Of a stretch of 16,102 nt of DNA, positions 16,050 through 16,102 are shown piece after piece. Location: the NCBI GenBank assembly GCA_042216675.1, contig JBDGTS010000045.1, positions 1 to 16,102 on the forward strand. Direction: 5' to 3'. A model generated the notes under the pieces. It ran no database searches. It was not told where the DNA came from and saw only the letters and a list, made by a program, of their open reading frames with translations. The position numbers were made by a program, and so were the translations under genes. How positions within the stretch are numbered: the stretch's first letter is position 1; every line of letters starts with the position of its first letter. This stretch comes from Halobacteriaceae archaeon (GTDB lineage Archaea > Halobacteriota > Halobacteria > Halobacteriales > Halobacteriaceae).

Positions 16050-16102
16050 GCTCCGTTGGTGTAGTCCGGCCAATCATCTTGCCCTCTCACGGCAAGGACC
16101 AG
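16050..16102 (+). tRNA. tRNA-Glu(CUC), 3' truncated by window end
   Basis: GCTCCGT acceptor 5' strand, archaeal Glu-type D-arm TGGTGTAGTCCGGCCAATCAT, anticodon arm TTGCC-CT-CTC-AC-GGCAA, start of T-arm CAG. Confidence 0.93.

Noticed and set aside
16050-16102. tRNA as an integration site, or functional link between tRNA-Glu and gatE
   Set aside because: No integrase or duplicated tRNA end is visible in the window; GatDE acts on tRNA-Gln, not tRNA-Glu.
1-16102. CRISPR arrays, IS elements, inteins, frameshifted pseudogenes
   Set aside because: No regularly spaced repeats, transposase or intein motifs were seen, and recognised genes appear full length.

Overview
GC-rich haloarchaeal (Halobacteria-type) chromosomal segment, judged from the acidic proteins, archaea-specific gatE and mptE, archaeal tRNA-Glu and mostly leaderless genes with TATA-like boxes about 24 nt before the start. 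Gene order: fumC 3' end (+), aldo/keto reductase (-), gatE (+), PAP2/AUR1-like membrane phosphoesterase (-), MaoC dehydratase (+), trmJ-like methyltransferase (-), Cys/His-motif acidic hypothetical (-), folP (+), structured intergenic element, mptE (+), DUF502 (+), photolyase (+), UbiA prenyltransferase (+), 7TM-PAS histidine kinase (+), sod (+), small conserved hypothetical (+), cupin (-), thyA-folA (+), and tRNA-Glu(CUC) cut by the window end. No mobile element or CRISPR array was seen. Best leads: (1) a long hairpin with a possible pseudoknot between folP and mptE, a candidate pterin/folate cis-regulatory RNA or sRNA; (2) a UbiA prenyltransferase plus orphan 7TM sensor kinase pair between phr and sod, with a shared upstream motif, a candidate synthase/receptor module; (3) a Prd-like C-terminal extension on FolP; (4) a plant-cryptochrome-like Asp at the FAD N5-facing position of the photolyase. 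All family calls come from motif recognition only; no searches were run.
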